Virus record (IMG/VR): IMGVR_UViG_3300046170_000378
Span: 124,001 to 188,000 of that record
Length of the DNA stretch: 64,000 bases
Strand: one strand, 5' to 3'
Made by a program: the position numbers and the translations under genes. The notes under the pieces are model-generated. The model worked only from the letters and a program-made list of their open reading frames with translations. It searched no databases and was not told the DNA's origin. This document shows positions 41,755 through 51,818 of the stretch, piece after piece (positions within the stretch are counted from its first letter, which is position 1; the number at the start of each line of letters is the position of its first letter).

Positions 41755-42750
41755 ATGAGTGACGAATTAAACAAAAAAGAAGAAGCGGCTAAAAGGGCTC
41801 TAGAGTCAAAGGACGCTATTAATCAATCTTCTGTTCCAGAAAACACAGAAGAAGTTTCTAACATGGAAGCCGTAATCGATAGTCAAGGATTAGGTAAAGT
41901 TAATATGGGTTCATTTAACCCACCAAAAGCTGCACCTTCTGATGATCTATTAGGATGGCATGTTGAGAATTTAGATAATTTGCCTTCAAAGGGTAAATTC
42001 TATCCAGCAGATACTATTATTAAGATTAGATCTGCAAAGGCAGCAGAGATTAGACATTTCTCTACAATGGACGATAACAATTATATCGACATGGAAGAAA
42101 AGCTAAACGCTATTGTAGAATCTTGTGCTAAAATCATGTCAGGTGATAGAAGATTATCTTACAAAGATATTTTAGAAGAAGACAGAATTGTACTTCTTTT
42201 GAGTATTAGAGACTTAACTTTCCCAGAACCTGAAAATAAGTTAATCCTAAAGGGTAAAACTAAAAAAGGTAAAAAGACAGTTGAAATTGAATTAGCAACT
42301 AAAAACTTAGTACCTACTGTGATTGAACCAGAAATTGAAAAATATTACAATTCTGGAGAAAGAATCTACACAATCCAAACTAGATCAGCTGGTGAAATCA
42401 GAATGAAACCACCTACAATTGGTGTAATGGAAGAAGTAACTGCTTACTTAAAAGATCGTCAAGAAAAAGAGATCGAAATGGATAAAGCATTTATTCAAGT
42501 TTTACCATATATTGTTGGTGATTGGAGATCTTTATCACTTCCTAAGATATTTCAATTAGAAGTTGATTATAAAGGTTGGGATGATAGAAAATACATGATC
42601 GTTTATAGATTAGCAGAAAAAATGAGAATTGGTGTACAAACAACACTTGAAACAGAAATCGATGGGGAGATCGCAACGGCCCCTCTTGACTTCCCAGGTG
42701 GCATCAAAAGTCTTTTCATTATTTCAGATCTCTCTGCAGAACTACTTTAA
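41755..42750 (+). CDS. Baseplate hub assembly / tail assembly chaperone (gp26-like)
   Basis: LPSKGKFYP...IKIRS...AIVESC...EDRIVLLLSIR; upstream of tape measure. Confidence 0.6.
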   Translation: MSDELNKKEEAAKRALESKDAINQSSVPENTEEVSNMEAVIDSQGLGKVNMGSFNPPKAAPSDDLLGWHVENLDNLPSKGKFYPADTIIKIRSAKAAEIRHFSTMDDNNYIDMEEKLNAIVESCAKIMSGDRRLSYKDILEEDRIVLLLSIRDLTFPEPENKLILKGKTKKGKKTVEIELATKNLVPTVIEPEIEKYYNSGERIYTIQTRSAGEIRMKPPTIGVMEEVTAYLKDRQEKEIEMDKAFIQVLPYIVGDWRSLSLPKIFQLEVDYKGWDDRKYMIVYRLAEKMRIGVQTTLETEIDGEIATAPLDFPGGIKSLFIISDLSAELL

Positions 42751-42994
42751 GACTAAGTTCTACCTGGGTATACATCTTAGAATGCAGCCCTCGGAGATTG
42801 AAGAAATGTACTACTATGAATATTGGTATTATGTTCAAAATCTTCAAGAGTACATTAAGGCTAAGAATAAACAAACATCGGAACAACAAGAACAACAGGA
42901 GAAACAATCGGCCGCTATGAGATCGCAGTCCTCTCCTAAGATGCCCAAAGTTCCATCAATGAAAGCACCTTCGTTTAAGATGCCGAAATTGTAA
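42728..42994 (+). CDS. gp51-like assembly catalyst segment; overlaps the gp26-like stop and lacks an ATG at its apparent start
   Basis: SLQNYFKTKFYLGIHLRMQPSEIEEMYYYEYWYYVQNL parallels gp51 SL.NYYKTNF..M..H.YSLTE.E.M. Confidence 0.55.
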   Translation: MSLQNYFKTKFYLGIHLRMQPSEIEEMYYYEYWYYVQNLQEYIKAKNKQTSEQQEQQEKQSAAMRSQSSPKMPKVPSMKAPSFKMPKL

Positions 42995-42995
42995 A

Positions 42996-43003
42996 GATAT
43001 ATA
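42996..43003 (+). promoter_or_regulatory. Putative late promoter GATATATA
   Basis: Upstream of tape measure. Confidence 0.55.
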
Positions 43004-43070
43004 GTATGAGAGACGGTGTGCTGGTCTAACGATCAGTACACCACATACTTAAAAAATATTTCTCTAAAAC

Positions 43071-46000
43071 TTGAATTTAAATTTCATGAAAAACGCCTTC
43101 GATAGAATGGGGGCGCAGAGCAAGGCGATTGAAGAACTCAATGAATCAGCTAAAGTAACTGCTGCGGCAGTTTCAGTAGGTGGAGATTTGTATTCTAGAA
43201 TCGACGCTCTAGTAACAGTATTAGAGGATATGGCTTCCGGTAAATCTAGGCGGCGGAGGCAATAAGACAAGCATTAAAGAAGCTATGGCCATGGCTATCA
43301 TGGCACCTACGCTAAAGCCAATAGGTACAGGTTTAGGTTATATAGTAGCAGCACTTAACAAATTAGGACCTGACGGTGAGAAAAAGGCTAAGGCAATGGA
43401 AGGTATTGCTGGCGCTTTATCAAAACTTGGTGCAGTCGGTAAGTCTATATTCGCATTCGCAGGGGTATATGGCACTTTCAATTCCACTTTTAATAATAAC
43501 AGCAATGGCATCGCCCTTTAATAGCGATAGCTCTTTTTGCGACAATTGGTGCAGTGATGTTAGTGGCCAAAATACTAGATAAAAAGAAGTTAAAGGCATT
43601 AGCACAGCTTAAAAAAGTAGGTTTAGCCCTTTTAGTTTTTGCTGGATCACTGGCTTTAATATCTTTATTTATAGGACCTGCAATTAAAGGAGCTGTAGGG
43701 GTTGCTATTATGTTAGGTATAATAGGTATAACTCTAAAGGTGCTTGAGATGTTAGGTATCCTAGACGGTAAAAGATTAAAAGAATTTGGAACGGGAATGA
43801 TGTTATTGGGTCTTGGTATATTAGCCATGGCTGTTTCATTCGCATTAGTTCAATTAATAATGCCACAAGCAATGAAAGGTGCTATATGGGCACTAGGTAT
43901 TATATTAGTAATGGGATTAATGTTCTGGATGCTAGATAAGATGGGAGTTGACAAAAGCATGCGAGAAGGTATTATGGCAATTGCCATGGCAGGTATCGCC
44001 ATTGTTGGTTTAGGTCTTGCATTCGCAATATTTAAGTATTTAATTCCAGATATGGAAACAATTTGGGCAGCTATTAAAATGTTAGCAATTATTGGTGTAA
44101 CATTTGCAATAATAGGGGTGTTCCAAAAACCAATCATGACAGGTGCTAAAGCTCTATTATGGGCTTCATTGGCGATAGTAGTTGTAGCATTAGCATTTCT
44201 AATCTTAAATGCATTAATTCCACCTGGAGAAATGACACTCGAATCATTTATGCCTCTTTTAGTAGTAGCAGGAATAGCAGCTGCATTCGTAGTTATAGGT
44301 TTAGGAGCTAGTTTAATTCAACAAGGTGCTATCGCAATGATTTTAGCAGGTGTGTCTATAATATTAATAGCGCTTGCAGTAAGAATGATCCAAAAGCCAC
44401 TTGAAAAAGGAGGTTGGGAACTTATCGGTCAAATAGGTGCTTTAGTAGCGATGATAGCCGTAGAATTCGGTTTACTTGGTTTAGCATCTCCGTTTATATT
44501 GGCAGGTGCCGCGGCAATGTTAGTTTCTGGTGTTGCATTGATCACTGTTGCAGGTGGTGTTGCAGCCATGGGCGCAGCAATGGATAAATCTAAAAAGTTA
44601 TTAGCACAACACCCATCTGGTGATGGGACAAATTTAGGCGTACTAATGAGTCAAATTGGAGATAGTTTCAATATGTGGCCATGGGAAGCAGCTGGTATAT
44701 TATTAGGATCAGCAGCAATGTTAACCGCAGGTTTAGCATTAATATCAATTGGTATAGGTATTAATAAATTCCAAAAAATATCTGAGAAGGCTGATTTACC
44801 TACGCTAGCTGAAAATATAGCGTTTATGGTCGGTTCATTAGCAGTTCCTTTTAATTTAATAGGTGGAGGTGGAACGCTTACTGTTAAGGATCCAATGACT
44901 GGGAAAGACACAGAAATTAAATTCACTGGTGGTGGAGGTGGTTTCTTCGGCTTAGGTGGTAGTAATCCAGTAGCTATGGGTATTTCTTCTGTACATGGTA
45001 TGGGAGCTGCATTAACTGGTATTGCTAAAGGTGTTCAAAACATGGCAAATCTTAAATTCCCAACAGGGTTTGATAAAGAAGGTAATGCTACAGGATATGA
45101 AACACTATCTGGAGATATTTGGAAAACAGTTATTGAAAATACAGTAACTATGGTCGGTTCATTAGCAGTTCCATTTGCTATGATTGGTAACGGTCTTACA
45201 ATAACAGATCCAGAAACTGGTCAACAAATTAAATTACCAGGTGGTGGTAAAAAAGGACTTTTAGCTTCTATATTTGGTGGAGGTGAATCTAATCCAGTAG
45301 CAGACGGTATTTCTTCTGTACAGGGTATGGGTGAAGCTTTAACTGGTATAGCAATGGGTGTACAAGCTATGGCAATGCTTAAAATGCCAACAGGTTTTGA
45401 TCCAGAAACGGGCGAACCAACAGGATTTGAGGTTTTTAATTTAGAGCATGCTAAAACAGTTACAGCAAACACTAAAACTTTGATAACAGCACTATCAGGT
45501 ACTTTTGCACAAATAGGTAATTCGCCTAATGCCAAAACTAGTTGGTGGGGAGGAAAGTCTACAATACAAAAAGGTATTGATCTAGCACAAGGCATGGGAA
45601 CACCTCTTAAAAACTTGGCAACAGGTGTTCAAGATATGGCTAATTTAAAATTTGCTAAAGGATATGATGCTGAAGGTAAAGCCACTGGATATTACACTAT
45701 TTCAGATCTAGATAAAATTGTACCTAAGATTGAAAAAAATTCACAAATGCTAATTAAGGCATTAACAAACGTATTTACTACTATTGGTGGTAGTGAAGCT
45801 GCTAAAGGTAGAGGATGGTCATTCTGGAAACCTACCAAGTTTGAAAAGGGTATTGCTCTAGTTGAAAAAATTGCAGATCCATTTAAGAAATTAGCGGGAG
45901 CTGCAAAGAACGCTGCAAATATAGTTAAGGATATTTCGAACGCTCAAGAGGTTCAAGAAAAGGTTAAAGCTATGATTCAAGCTATTACTGAAGCTGGTGG

Positions 46001-46955
46001 AGAAAAATCACAATCAGAAATAGAAACGGCAATTAGGATGATAAATGCCCTAGGCCACAACTACGATATATTTAGTTATGCTATACCCAAAATAGTAACC
46101 GCTGTAAATGGGTTCGAAGCTAAAAAGGGTAAAGCATTTATGAGTATTTTTGGTGGTGAATCAACACCGAAAACTTTAGTTCCTAAACTAATGATGTTAA
46201 AGGGACTTAGTACAGCATATGGTAAAATGTCATGGGCAATTCCAAAAATGACTGCAGCTATTAACAGTTTAGTAAAAGAACAAATGGATTCGTTTGTTAA
46301 AGTAATTGGAGGTAATGCTTGGAATCCTGCATTGGCAGGAGCCAAAATGGCATTATTTATGACAGTTGGTACCACATTTGGTATAATGGGTAATTCTATT
46401 CCAAAAATTACAGCAGCTATCAATGGTTTAAATCAAGTCAACGCAGTGACTATGAAGGAAATGTTCATTGGTCCTGTAAGCTACCTAAGACCTATCGCAG
46501 GATACCGAGCTCAAGCTGAATTGTGGAATGCTATCGGCAGAAACATGACTGCTAACTCTTCTGCATTCCCTAAAGTTGCTGAATCTATTAATTCAATGGA
46601 TCTTACTAAACTTAAAGAATCCAGACAAATGTTTGAAGCACTTGCGGTTCTTGCAAGCGGAGATAGTCCAGATGATATACTTGCTGCAATGGGAGAATCT
46701 TTAGAAGATGCATTACAGAATTTAGCAGATATGATTGAGCAATTTAAAACTTCGGTCGGTGAAGGTAATGCAGAAAATGCAAGTATTCTTGAAAAAGCAG
46801 CAGGTGGCATCGGTGGTGCCATTGGTGCATTTAAAGATGGAATCACCGGTGGTGGTGGCGGAGACTCTGCTCAAGTAGTTGCAGCCGTTAATACATTAAC
46901 TAAAGTATTAGTTAGAAGTGGTGTTAAGATTAGTAATATTGACGACTTAGTCTAA
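43071..46955 (+). CDS. Tape measure protein (~1290 aa; apparent indels near 43250 and 43460)
   Basis: Ala/Gly-rich, hydrophobic N-terminal third, internal repeats (MVGSLAVPF...NPVA.GISSV.GMG.ALTGIA.GVQ.MA); follows the chaperone pair. Confidence 0.75.
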
Positions 46956-46970
46956 TAAATAATTTATTTT

Positions 46971-46998
46971 GAAACCTTTTATACACGACGCGGTATAA
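46971..46998 (+). promoter_or_regulatory. Putative middle promoter GAAAC-N18-TATAA
   Basis: Upstream of KTSC gene. Confidence 0.6.
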
Positions 46999-47014
46999 CT
47001 ACTAAACAAAATAA

Positions 47015-47311
47015 ATGAGAACATCAACAACTTCACATTATAATAGTTCTACTTTAACATCAGCTGAATATGATTTTAAAGAAAAGACATTAATTGTAAA
47101 TTTTAACCATGCTAGTTACATGTATGAGGGTGTAGAGCCTGCAGACTTTAATGCCTTTGATCAAGCCGATTCTCAAGGTAAAGCACTAAACGAATTTATT
47201 AAAGGTAAATACGAGTATGATAAATTAGTTGATGAGAATATAGATACTAAATATCCAAAGGGTAGTCTATTAAATGAATTACCACCCGCGGATTATCAAC
47301 TAGATAATTAA
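47015..47311 (+). CDS. KTSC domain protein
   Basis: SSTLTSAEYD...L.VNF....Y.YEGV....F......S.GKALN..IKG.Y. Confidence 0.8.
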   Translation: MRTSTTSHYNSSTLTSAEYDFKEKTLIVNFNHASYMYEGVEPADFNAFDQADSQGKALNEFIKGKYEYDKLVDENIDTKYPKGSLLNELPPADYQLDN

Positions 47312-47322
47312 TATATCAAATC

Positions 47323-47514
47323 ATGACAAAAGCAAGCATTGTACAGAGATTGCTAGATGAAAAAAGAATTACAGCAGAAGAAGCGGTAATTTTGTTACAG
47401 TCAGAAACTGTAAATATTCCAATGTATACACCTAATCCTTATTACACTAGACCAGATTGGTCATCACCACCACCAGTTTGGTGCGAAGATAACACAACAA
47501 GTAACATCGATTAA
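47323..47514 (+). CDS. Hypothetical protein
   Basis: ORF track. Confidence 0.6.
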   Translation: MTKASIVQRLLDEKRITAEEAVILLQSETVNIPMYTPNPYYTRPDWSSPPPVWCEDNTTSNID

Positions 47515-47525
47515 ACTATTTACTA

Positions 47526-47684
47526 ATGAAGAAGCGTAAACTATCGCGTGAGGATATTAATCCCGAAGATCGTAAACGTAAACTCAACTTTAAAAAGAAG
47601 AGACAACGTAATCAAGAACCAACTTTTGACCACCGTAGAGTTAGAAGTTTAAAAGATTTAGATGACTATGAAGAAGAATTCTAA
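47526..47684 (+). CDS. Hypothetical basic protein (52 aa)
   Basis: Manually read MKKRKLSREDINPEDRKRK...DDYEEEF. Confidence 0.5.
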   Translation: MKKRKLSREDINPEDRKRKLNFKKKRQRNQEPTFDHRRVRSLKDLDDYEEEF

Positions 47685-47771
47685 ATGGAATTGGACCATG
47701 ATAATCACATGGTCTATTCTTATGACAATATCATATGCACTTTGGTCAACAATATTTAAAGCTGTTCTAAC

Positions 47772-47978
47772 ATGAATGGATATTATATAAGTGATGAGTA
47801 TAGAACTAATTCAAAAAGTCTTGTTCCAGGAGGATGGGATGTTGAAGTAGAATTTCACAACAATGAAAAGAGAATTTACTCAAACATTAAAAACACAGAA
47901 GCATACGCTAAGCATATATTGGCAAATGATAAAAATGTGAAATCAGTAACAGTAATCGGAGAAAGTAAGACGCAATGA
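47772..47978 (+). CDS. Hypothetical protein
   Basis: ORF track. Confidence 0.6.
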   Translation: MNGYYISDEYRTNSKSLVPGGWDVEVEFHNNEKRIYSNIKNTEAYAKHILANDKNVKSVTVIGESKTQ

Positions 47979-48184
47979 AAGAAGAAGATTTTATACACAG
48001 ACACATTGAGAGCATATTAGATGTTCCTGGTGATCTTAGTTCTGGAATCAACGGTTGTATACTCGCAACTGCATTCGACAGAGCATGTAATATCCTAGAA
48101 GCTAATGGATCTAAAAAACCCAGAGTCGTGCAAGTAATAGATGATCCAGAGTGCGAACTCACATATTTGGTAGAAAATGAATGA
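47975..48184 (+). CDS. Hypothetical protein
   Basis: ORF track; ATGA coupling. Confidence 0.6.
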   Translation: MKEEDFIHRHIESILDVPGDLSSGINGCILATAFDRACNILEANGSKKPRVVQVIDDPECELTYLVENE

Positions 48185-48249
48185 CGATATGATATTTTGG
48201 GACGATATGTGGAACATGTCGGATAAAAAATTAAAAAAAATAACAAAAC

Positions 48250-48582
48250 ATGAAGATACTTCAGAAGATAGCGTGGAAGACACGCAAGTGGAACCTAAAG
48301 ATTAACCTATTTGATTTATTCCTCCATGATGGCGATGGCTGTTGGGGATTTGTTTTGTTTGAAATAGTACATAATTTCGAAACAAAGTCATTGTTGGCTT
48401 TTGAGTTTAGATTACCAAACGGAGGCAATGTTAAAGAATTCACCATTGATAACTGGGATTTCTTATTCGTTAGAAGTTATATGTATAAGCAATGGGCAAA
48501 GTTAGACGACAGAAAGATGTGGTCTGGACCTCTTTCTAGATGGGATGAGATTAAATTGAAGGTGCTTGAGAAAATACTTTGA
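48250..48582 (+). CDS. Hypothetical protein
   Basis: ORF track. Confidence 0.55.
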   Translation: MKILQKIAWKTRKWNLKINLFDLFLHDGDGCWGFVLFEIVHNFETKSLLAFEFRLPNGGNVKEFTIDNWDFLFVRSYMYKQWAKLDDRKMWSGPLSRWDEIKLKVLEKIL

Positions 48583-48603
48583 TTTTTTTTGAAAATAGTT
48601 TAG

Positions 48604-48641
48604 CCCAGATTTTTTTATGTCAAAAGAATTTGGTATATTAG
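48604..48641 (+). promoter_or_regulatory. Putative early promoter CCCAGATTTTTTTATGTC-N9-TGGTATATTAG
   Basis: Repeated intergenic motif. Confidence 0.6.
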
Positions 48642-48677
48642 TAGAGTAATTAATAGTTAAACTAAAAAAAACAAATT

Positions 48678-49052
48678 ATGCCTTACATTAGTAAAGAACA
48701 AGTAAAAGAAAAAAGAAAAGCTCTTAAAGCTGCACTTCCGCAGTACAAATTATCTATTACCACTGAGCATTATAGCGGTATCAAAGTTGCCATTATGGAA
48801 GGACCTACAGATTTTGGGTCTACATACGAGCAGCTTAATCATTTTCACGATTACAGAGAAGAAAGATGGAATAGAGACACCGAACAGTATGAATCTAATC
48901 CACAAATAGCAGACGTTATGGATGTTATTATGCCTATTTTAAACGAGGGCAAAGGTGAAGGATTTGAAGACAGTGATTATGGACATGTGCCGTCATATTA
49001 CACTTGGGTACATATCGGTAAATGGGACAAACCATATACTATTAAAAAATAA
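48678..49052 (+). CDS. Hypothetical early protein (possibly LPD29-like)
   Basis: RKALKAALPQYKLSI...IKVAIMEGP...IGKWDKPY. Confidence 0.4.
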   Translation: MPYISKEQVKEKRKALKAALPQYKLSITTEHYSGIKVAIMEGPTDFGSTYEQLNHFHDYREERWNRDTEQYESNPQIADVMDVIMPILNEGKGEGFEDSDYGHVPSYYTWVHIGKWDKPYTIKK

Positions 49053-49219
49053 TGAAAAACGAAAAGTTTTTGGAAGCTGTAAATATTTTTGGTAAAGATG
49101 TGGTTGACGAGGTTATTGCCATCGTCAATCTCTCTGATCCAGATACTGCAGCAATTCAATTTGAAGACGATGATCTAGAGGATCATGTAGCATGTGTAGA
49201 ATTTATATACTTTAGTTAA
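49052..49219 (+). CDS. Hypothetical acidic protein (55 aa)
   Basis: Manually read MKNEKFLEAVNIFGKD... Confidence 0.5.
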   Translation: MKNEKFLEAVNIFGKDVVDEVIAIVNLSDPDTAAIQFEDDDLEDHVACVEFIYFS

Positions 49220-49364
49220 TATGAAAAAAATCAAAACAATTATTAGAAAAATAGAAGCAACCGACATCTTTTTGATTACGGCATTCGGCTTGTATTTAAC
49301 TCTTTTAATTTCAAATCTTTTGAAAATGATGTAAATTTTCCAGAAAGTATGTAATTATACTTAT

Positions 49365-49556
49365 ATGGAAAACAAAATCAAAACACCAATCGTAGAATTA
49401 ATTGAGCAATTTGAGTCAGAGCTACATCACAGTAGCACTCGTCAAGGATTACAATATGCGATTGAAATTTCTAAGCGAATGCTTAAGAAAGAACAGAAGA
49501 TAATGTGCTGGTTTGCTCAAGAGTGGCACGAAATGAAAATTAAAACAGAATACTAA
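49365..49556 (+). CDS. Hypothetical protein
   Basis: ORF track. Confidence 0.55.
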   Translation: MENKIKTPIVELIEQFESELHHSSTRQGLQYAIEISKRMLKKEQKIMCWFAQEWHEMKIKTEY

Positions 49557-49981
49557 TGCAAGAATTATTTAAAGAAAGAGTTAATTATAACAAATTAGGT
49601 GGCAAAGAGCAAGAGGTTTATAATTTTGCTAAAACAGCAGCAGTACTAGTAGAATATGGATTTGCGTGTTCTCAGATCACAGCAGATAAGCATGGTGCAG
49701 ACATGATTGCATATCATATAGATACAGCTACTCCATATTCTATTCAGCTAAAAGGCTCCAGGGCTACACTGGATCGTAAGTATTCTGGTAAAAACATTTG
49801 GATTGCATATACAGATCGTAAAACAAATGAGCTTTGTATTTATAATCATGATCAAGCTGCAGAGATATTTGAAAAAACCAAATCAGGTCAATGTGACACA
49901 TGGAAAAACAAAGGATGGTATAGTGGAATGAGTATGCATAAACATTTTGAAGAAATTATTACTCGTTTAAAAATAAATTGA
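49556..49981 (+). CDS. Putative PD-(D/E)XK nuclease-fold protein
   Basis: GADMIAY...SIQLKG. Confidence 0.5.
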   Translation: MQELFKERVNYNKLGGKEQEVYNFAKTAAVLVEYGFACSQITADKHGADMIAYHIDTATPYSIQLKGSRATLDRKYSGKNIWIAYTDRKTNELCIYNHDQAAEIFEKTKSGQCDTWKNKGWYSGMSMHKHFEEIITRLKIN

Positions 49982-49992
49982 AAATAATTAGT

Positions 49993-50030
49993 CCCAGATT
50001 TTTTTATGTCAATTATTTGTGGTATATTAG
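49993..50030 (+). promoter_or_regulatory. Putative early promoter CCCAGATTTTTTTATGTC-N9-TGGTATATTAG
   Basis: Repeated motif; downstream leader nearly identical to 57895-57921. Confidence 0.6.
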
Positions 50031-50054
50031 TATTGTATTTAAAAGCTAAAAGAT

Positions 50055-50285
50055 ATGACAATTAAACAATTTTACTTAGAGAACTATCCAAGCGATGATT
50101 TGGGTACTGAGATCGATGAAAGCGCAACTTTTGCAGGTTTGCTAAATAATATAATTACAGCCAACGACGTGTATTCATATATTGGTGTAGGTGATAGTAT
50201 TATTAGAGAAAGATTATTTTCTAAATTAGCAGAACAATTAAACACAAGTTACGATTACGTTTATAATTTATGGTTAAAAAAATAA
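50055..50285 (+). CDS. Hypothetical protein
   Basis: ORF track. Confidence 0.6.
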   Translation: MTIKQFYLENYPSDDLGTEIDESATFAGLLNNIITANDVYSYIGVGDSIIRERLFSKLAEQLNTSYDYVYNLWLKK

Positions 50286-50290
50286 AAGAC

Positions 50291-51580
50291 ATGACAGATT
50301 TTCAACTTATTGCAGATTTCGTTGAAGCATCAAATGCTACGAACTCTAATTCAGATAAACTAGAAGTTATCAAAGAATATACTCAGTATGATATTGTGTG
50401 TAAGGCACTTAATTATACTTACGACACATTTAAACAATATGGCGTAACTTCTGCTAATTGTAAGAAAAATTCAGATTTGGTAAGTCCTTACCACCAATTT
50501 GAAGACTTTTTCTTGTTGTTAGATTATCTAAACGATAGAACTCTTACGGGCCACGATGCAATTAAATCAGTTAACCGATATGTGTCAGATAATCCGCTTT
50601 ATGCAGATCTTATTTGGAATATTATCGATCGTAACTTGAAGACTAGATCTACTGCATCTATGATCAATAAAGTAAAACCTGGCCTAATTCCTACATTTGA
50701 TGTGGCACTCGCTCAAGCATATGACGAGAAGACTAAGAAAAAGGTAGATTGGAATGATGGTTGGTATGCAAGTCGTAAACTTGATGGAGTTAGGTGTCTT
50801 GGTGTTATTGATGATAAAGGTAAAGTTAAATTTTACTCAAGACAAGGTAAAGAGTTTTTGACTCTTGACAATCTTAAGCCATCGATTGAGAAGCTTGGCC
50901 TAACTAACATGGTTTTTGACGGAGAAGTTTGTGTAGTAGATGAAAATGGTAATGAAGATTTTCAAGGTATTATTAAAGAGATCAAACGAAAAGATCATAC
51001 TATTGAAAAGCCATTCTATTATATCTTTGATTTATTGACTTCTAAAGATTTTGCAGATAAAGAATCTATCACTACACTTTCTGAAAGACTTGAAACTGCA
51101 AGAGCATATGTAATGAATGACGATTACATTGGAGTTTTAAAACAAATTTTGGCAGATGACATGGTAATGGAAACTATGATGGAAAAGTCAAAGCGTGAAG
51201 GTTGGGAAGGTCTTATGTTGCGTAAAGATACAACTTACAAAGGTAAGCGTTCTAATGATGTTCTTAAAGTTAAGAAATTCTTTGATGATGAGTATGTAGT
51301 TGTCGATCTAGAAAACGATACACATCGTGTTATTGTCGATGGCACAGAGGTTGAAGAAGTAATGTTGAAGAATGTTATTATTGAACACAAAGGAAATCGC
51401 GTACAAGTCGGCAGTGGCTTTAATCATGAGCAGCGTAGATACTATTTCCAAAATCCTAATCAGATTTTAGGAAAACAAATCACAGTTCAATACTTTGAAG
51501 AAACAACAAATATGAATGGAACTCACTCACTAAGATTTCCAGTAATTAAAGCGGTGTATGAAACACCAAGAGACATTTAA
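50291..51580 (+). CDS. ATP-dependent DNA ligase (gp30-like)
   Basis: RKLDGVR, VFDGE, EGLMLRK, LKVKKF, SLRFP. Confidence 0.93.
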   Translation: MTDFQLIADFVEASNATNSNSDKLEVIKEYTQYDIVCKALNYTYDTFKQYGVTSANCKKNSDLVSPYHQFEDFFLLLDYLNDRTLTGHDAIKSVNRYVSDNPLYADLIWNIIDRNLKTRSTASMINKVKPGLIPTFDVALAQAYDEKTKKKVDWNDGWYASRKLDGVRCLGVIDDKGKVKFYSRQGKEFLTLDNLKPSIEKLGLTNMVFDGEVCVVDENGNEDFQGIIKEIKRKDHTIEKPFYYIFDLLTSKDFADKESITTLSERLETARAYVMNDDYIGVLKQILADDMVMETMMEKSKREGWEGLMLRKDTTYKGKRSNDVLKVKKFFDDEYVVVDLENDTHRVIVDGTEVEEVMLKNVIIEHKGNRVQVGSGFNHEQRRYYFQNPNQILGKQITVQYFEETTNMNGTHSLRFPVIKAVYETPRDI

Positions 51581-51591
51581 ATATAAATAAT

Positions 51592-51816
51592 ATGAGATAT
51601 ACAGTAACTTACGAGGTTTACATTGAAGGCGACAATGACAAACATGCCCTTTCTAAGGCAGAACTAATAGCCAAAAATCAAAACGCATTACATCCGAGTC
51701 AAAGATGGGATGTACATAAACTACATATCACTCCATTTGCATCATTAAATGTAAAAGAAGTCGATATTGATGCTATTAGAACAGAAAAATTACTAAAAGA
51801 AGATTTACCATTTTAA
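51592..51816 (+). CDS. Hypothetical protein
   Basis: ORF track. Confidence 0.6.
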   Translation: MRYTVTYEVYIEGDNDKHALSKAELIAKNQNALHPSQRWDVHKLHITPFASLNVKEVDIDAIRTEKLLKEDLPF

Positions 51817-51818
51817 TT

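Noticed and set aside
3390-43500. Roughly 25-30 frameshifts in essential genes (polymerase, nrdA, clamp, gp2, gp44, gp16/17, gp18, tape measure) as pseudogenes or programmed recoding
   Set aside because: Nearly all are single-base changes in homopolymer or near-homopolymer runs, mostly insertions, that restore conserved motifs when removed (e.g. acaccctgag, ccaaaaggat). They hit indispensable genes and cluster in patches, which is typical of unpolished long-read consensus. Read-level confirmation is needed.
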